Source: Burkholderiales bacterium (GTDB lineage: Bacteria; Pseudomonadota; Gammaproteobacteria; Burkholderiales; Gallionellaceae). From it: a stretch of DNA of 64,000 nucleotides. Both the position numbers and the translations under genes were made by a program. A model generated the notes under the pieces. The model had not been told where the DNA came from, did not search any database, and saw only the letters and a list, made by a program, of their open reading frames with translations. Positions 62,987-64,000 of the stretch are shown piece after piece. The DNA lies in NCBI GenBank assembly GCA_038203435.1, contig JBBRDZ010000001.1, positions 30,366 to 94,365 on the forward strand, given 5' to 3'. Each line of letters begins with the position of its first letter. The first letter of the stretch is position 1.

Positions 62987-63427
62987 ATGAGTGCAGTTGA
63001 TCAATCCGGTACAGCCGATGAACCGACCAGGGGTTCGCGGAAAATAAAATGGATCGTGGCGGCATTGCTGTTGATATTCGCCGCCGCCGCCGCGATGGTG
63101 TTGCCGCGTGGTTTCAGCGATGACCTGTCGCGTATCGGCAAAGGCAAAGTGGCCGTGGTGCTGGTGCGCGACAAGAATGCAGTGGAAAGCTTCGACATGA
63201 TGGAAGTGATGAACGGCATCCGCGACCAGTATCAGGACAGGGTGGAATTCCTGCTGACCGATTTCAATACCCCGGAAGGGCGTGCATTCATCACCAGCCA
63301 CAGCGCCGACCGGGTGACCATGGTGGTGCTGGATGCGAACGGCAAGGCACTCAACGTGATGCGGCCGCGGCTCACTGCCGAGACGTTGAAACAGGCGATA
63401 GACAGCGCGCTCGGGGCGGCGCGATGA
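62987..63427 (+). CDS. Membrane-anchored hypothetical protein, possible cysteine-free thioredoxin-like fold
   Basis: GGAGG RBS, N-terminal TM helix, [22 protein letters not shown] pattern; ATGA overlap with purC. Confidence 0.7.
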   Translation: MSAVDQSGTADEPTRGSRKIKWIVAALLLIFAAAAAMVLPRGFSDDLSRIGKGKVAVVLVRDKNAVESFDMMEVMNGIRDQYQDRVEFLLTDFNTPEGRAFITSHSADRVTMVVLDANGKALNVMRPRLTAETLKQAIDSALGAAR

Positions 63428-64000
63428 GCGCGGCAATGCTGTACTCGGACATCAAGAGTTTGCCCTTTCTGCACCGGGGCAAGGTGCGTGACCTGTATGC
63501 GGTGGGCGACGATAAATTGCTGGTGGTGCAGACCGATCGCCTGTCGGCGTTCGATGTGATCCTGGCCGACCCGATCCCGGGCAAGGGCGAGGTGCTCACC
63601 ACCGTGTCCAATTTCTGGTTCGACAAACTGCAACATGTCATTCCCAATCATCTGACCGGCATCGACCCCGAGTCGGTGGTCGCGAATACCGAACGCGTGC
63701 AGGTGCGCGGACGCGCTTTTGTCACCAAGAGGCTCAGGCCGCTACCGATCGAAGCCATCGTGCGCGGCTACCTGGTCGGTTCCGGCTGGAAGGATTACCA
63801 GAAGACCGGCACAGTTTGCGGTATAAAATTGCCGGAAGGGCTGCGTGAAGCCGAAAAGCTGCCGAAGCCTTTGTTCACCCCTTCCACCAAAGCCGCGGTG
63901 GGTGATCACGACGAGAACATCTCGTTTGCCCAGGCAGTTGAACTGCTCGGCGAAGCGCGTGCCGGAGAAGTTCGCGACGCCACGCTGGCGCTGTATGTTG
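63424..64000 (+). CDS. purC: SAICAR synthetase (3'-truncated by window edge)
   Basis: Translated by hand: [47 protein letters not shown]. Confidence 0.97.
   Translation, partial: MSAAMLYSDIKSLPFLHRGKVRDLYAVGDDKLLVVQTDRLSAFDVILADPIPGKGEVLTTVSNFWFDKLQHVIPNHLTGIDPESVVANTERVQVRGRAFVTKRLRPLPIEAIVRGYLVGSGWKDYQKTGTVCGIKLPEGLREAEKLPKPLFTPSTKAAVGDHDENISFAQAVELLGEARAGEVRDATLALYV

Overview
64-kb chromosomal segment of a betaproteobacterium. Gene order and protein sequences suggest Nitrosomonadales, Gallionellaceae-like, which is an inference. The backbone is housekeeping: atpHAGDC, glmU-glmS, ubiE/ubiJ/ubiB, gmhA-yraN-lpoA-rsmI, topA-smg-dprA-tsaP/def-fmt-rsmB-DUF4390-ntrYX-like, tkt-gap-pgk-pyk-fba and fbp-purE-purC. 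Four accessory blocks interrupt it: (i) about 5.3 kb between atpC and glmU, with a decayed nfeD-SPFH operon; (ii) about 3.8 kb splitting ubiE from ubiJ, with a low-GC orphan carrying an RxxxxH HEPN-like motif, phnA, a cyclase-FHA gene, rluA and a flavin-reductase pseudogene; (iii) an RND efflux operon with a TetR regulator and an operator visible in the promoter spacer, plus a four-helix cytochrome c; (iv) an inverted type IV minor-pilin/PilY1 operon plus a beta-propeller lipoprotein between fba and fbp. Best leads missed by the ORF track: a 31-aa membrane microprotein paired with a stand-alone PuuD/Urate_ox_N membrane domain, the HEPN-like orphan, AlgR-type boxes shared by two surface-protein promoters, a modular PilY1 lacking the canonical Ca loop, and a nested REP/palindromic element between gap and pgk. 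I saw no rRNA, tRNA, CRISPR array, transposase or integrase. All family assignments come from motif recognition by eye, not from database searches.
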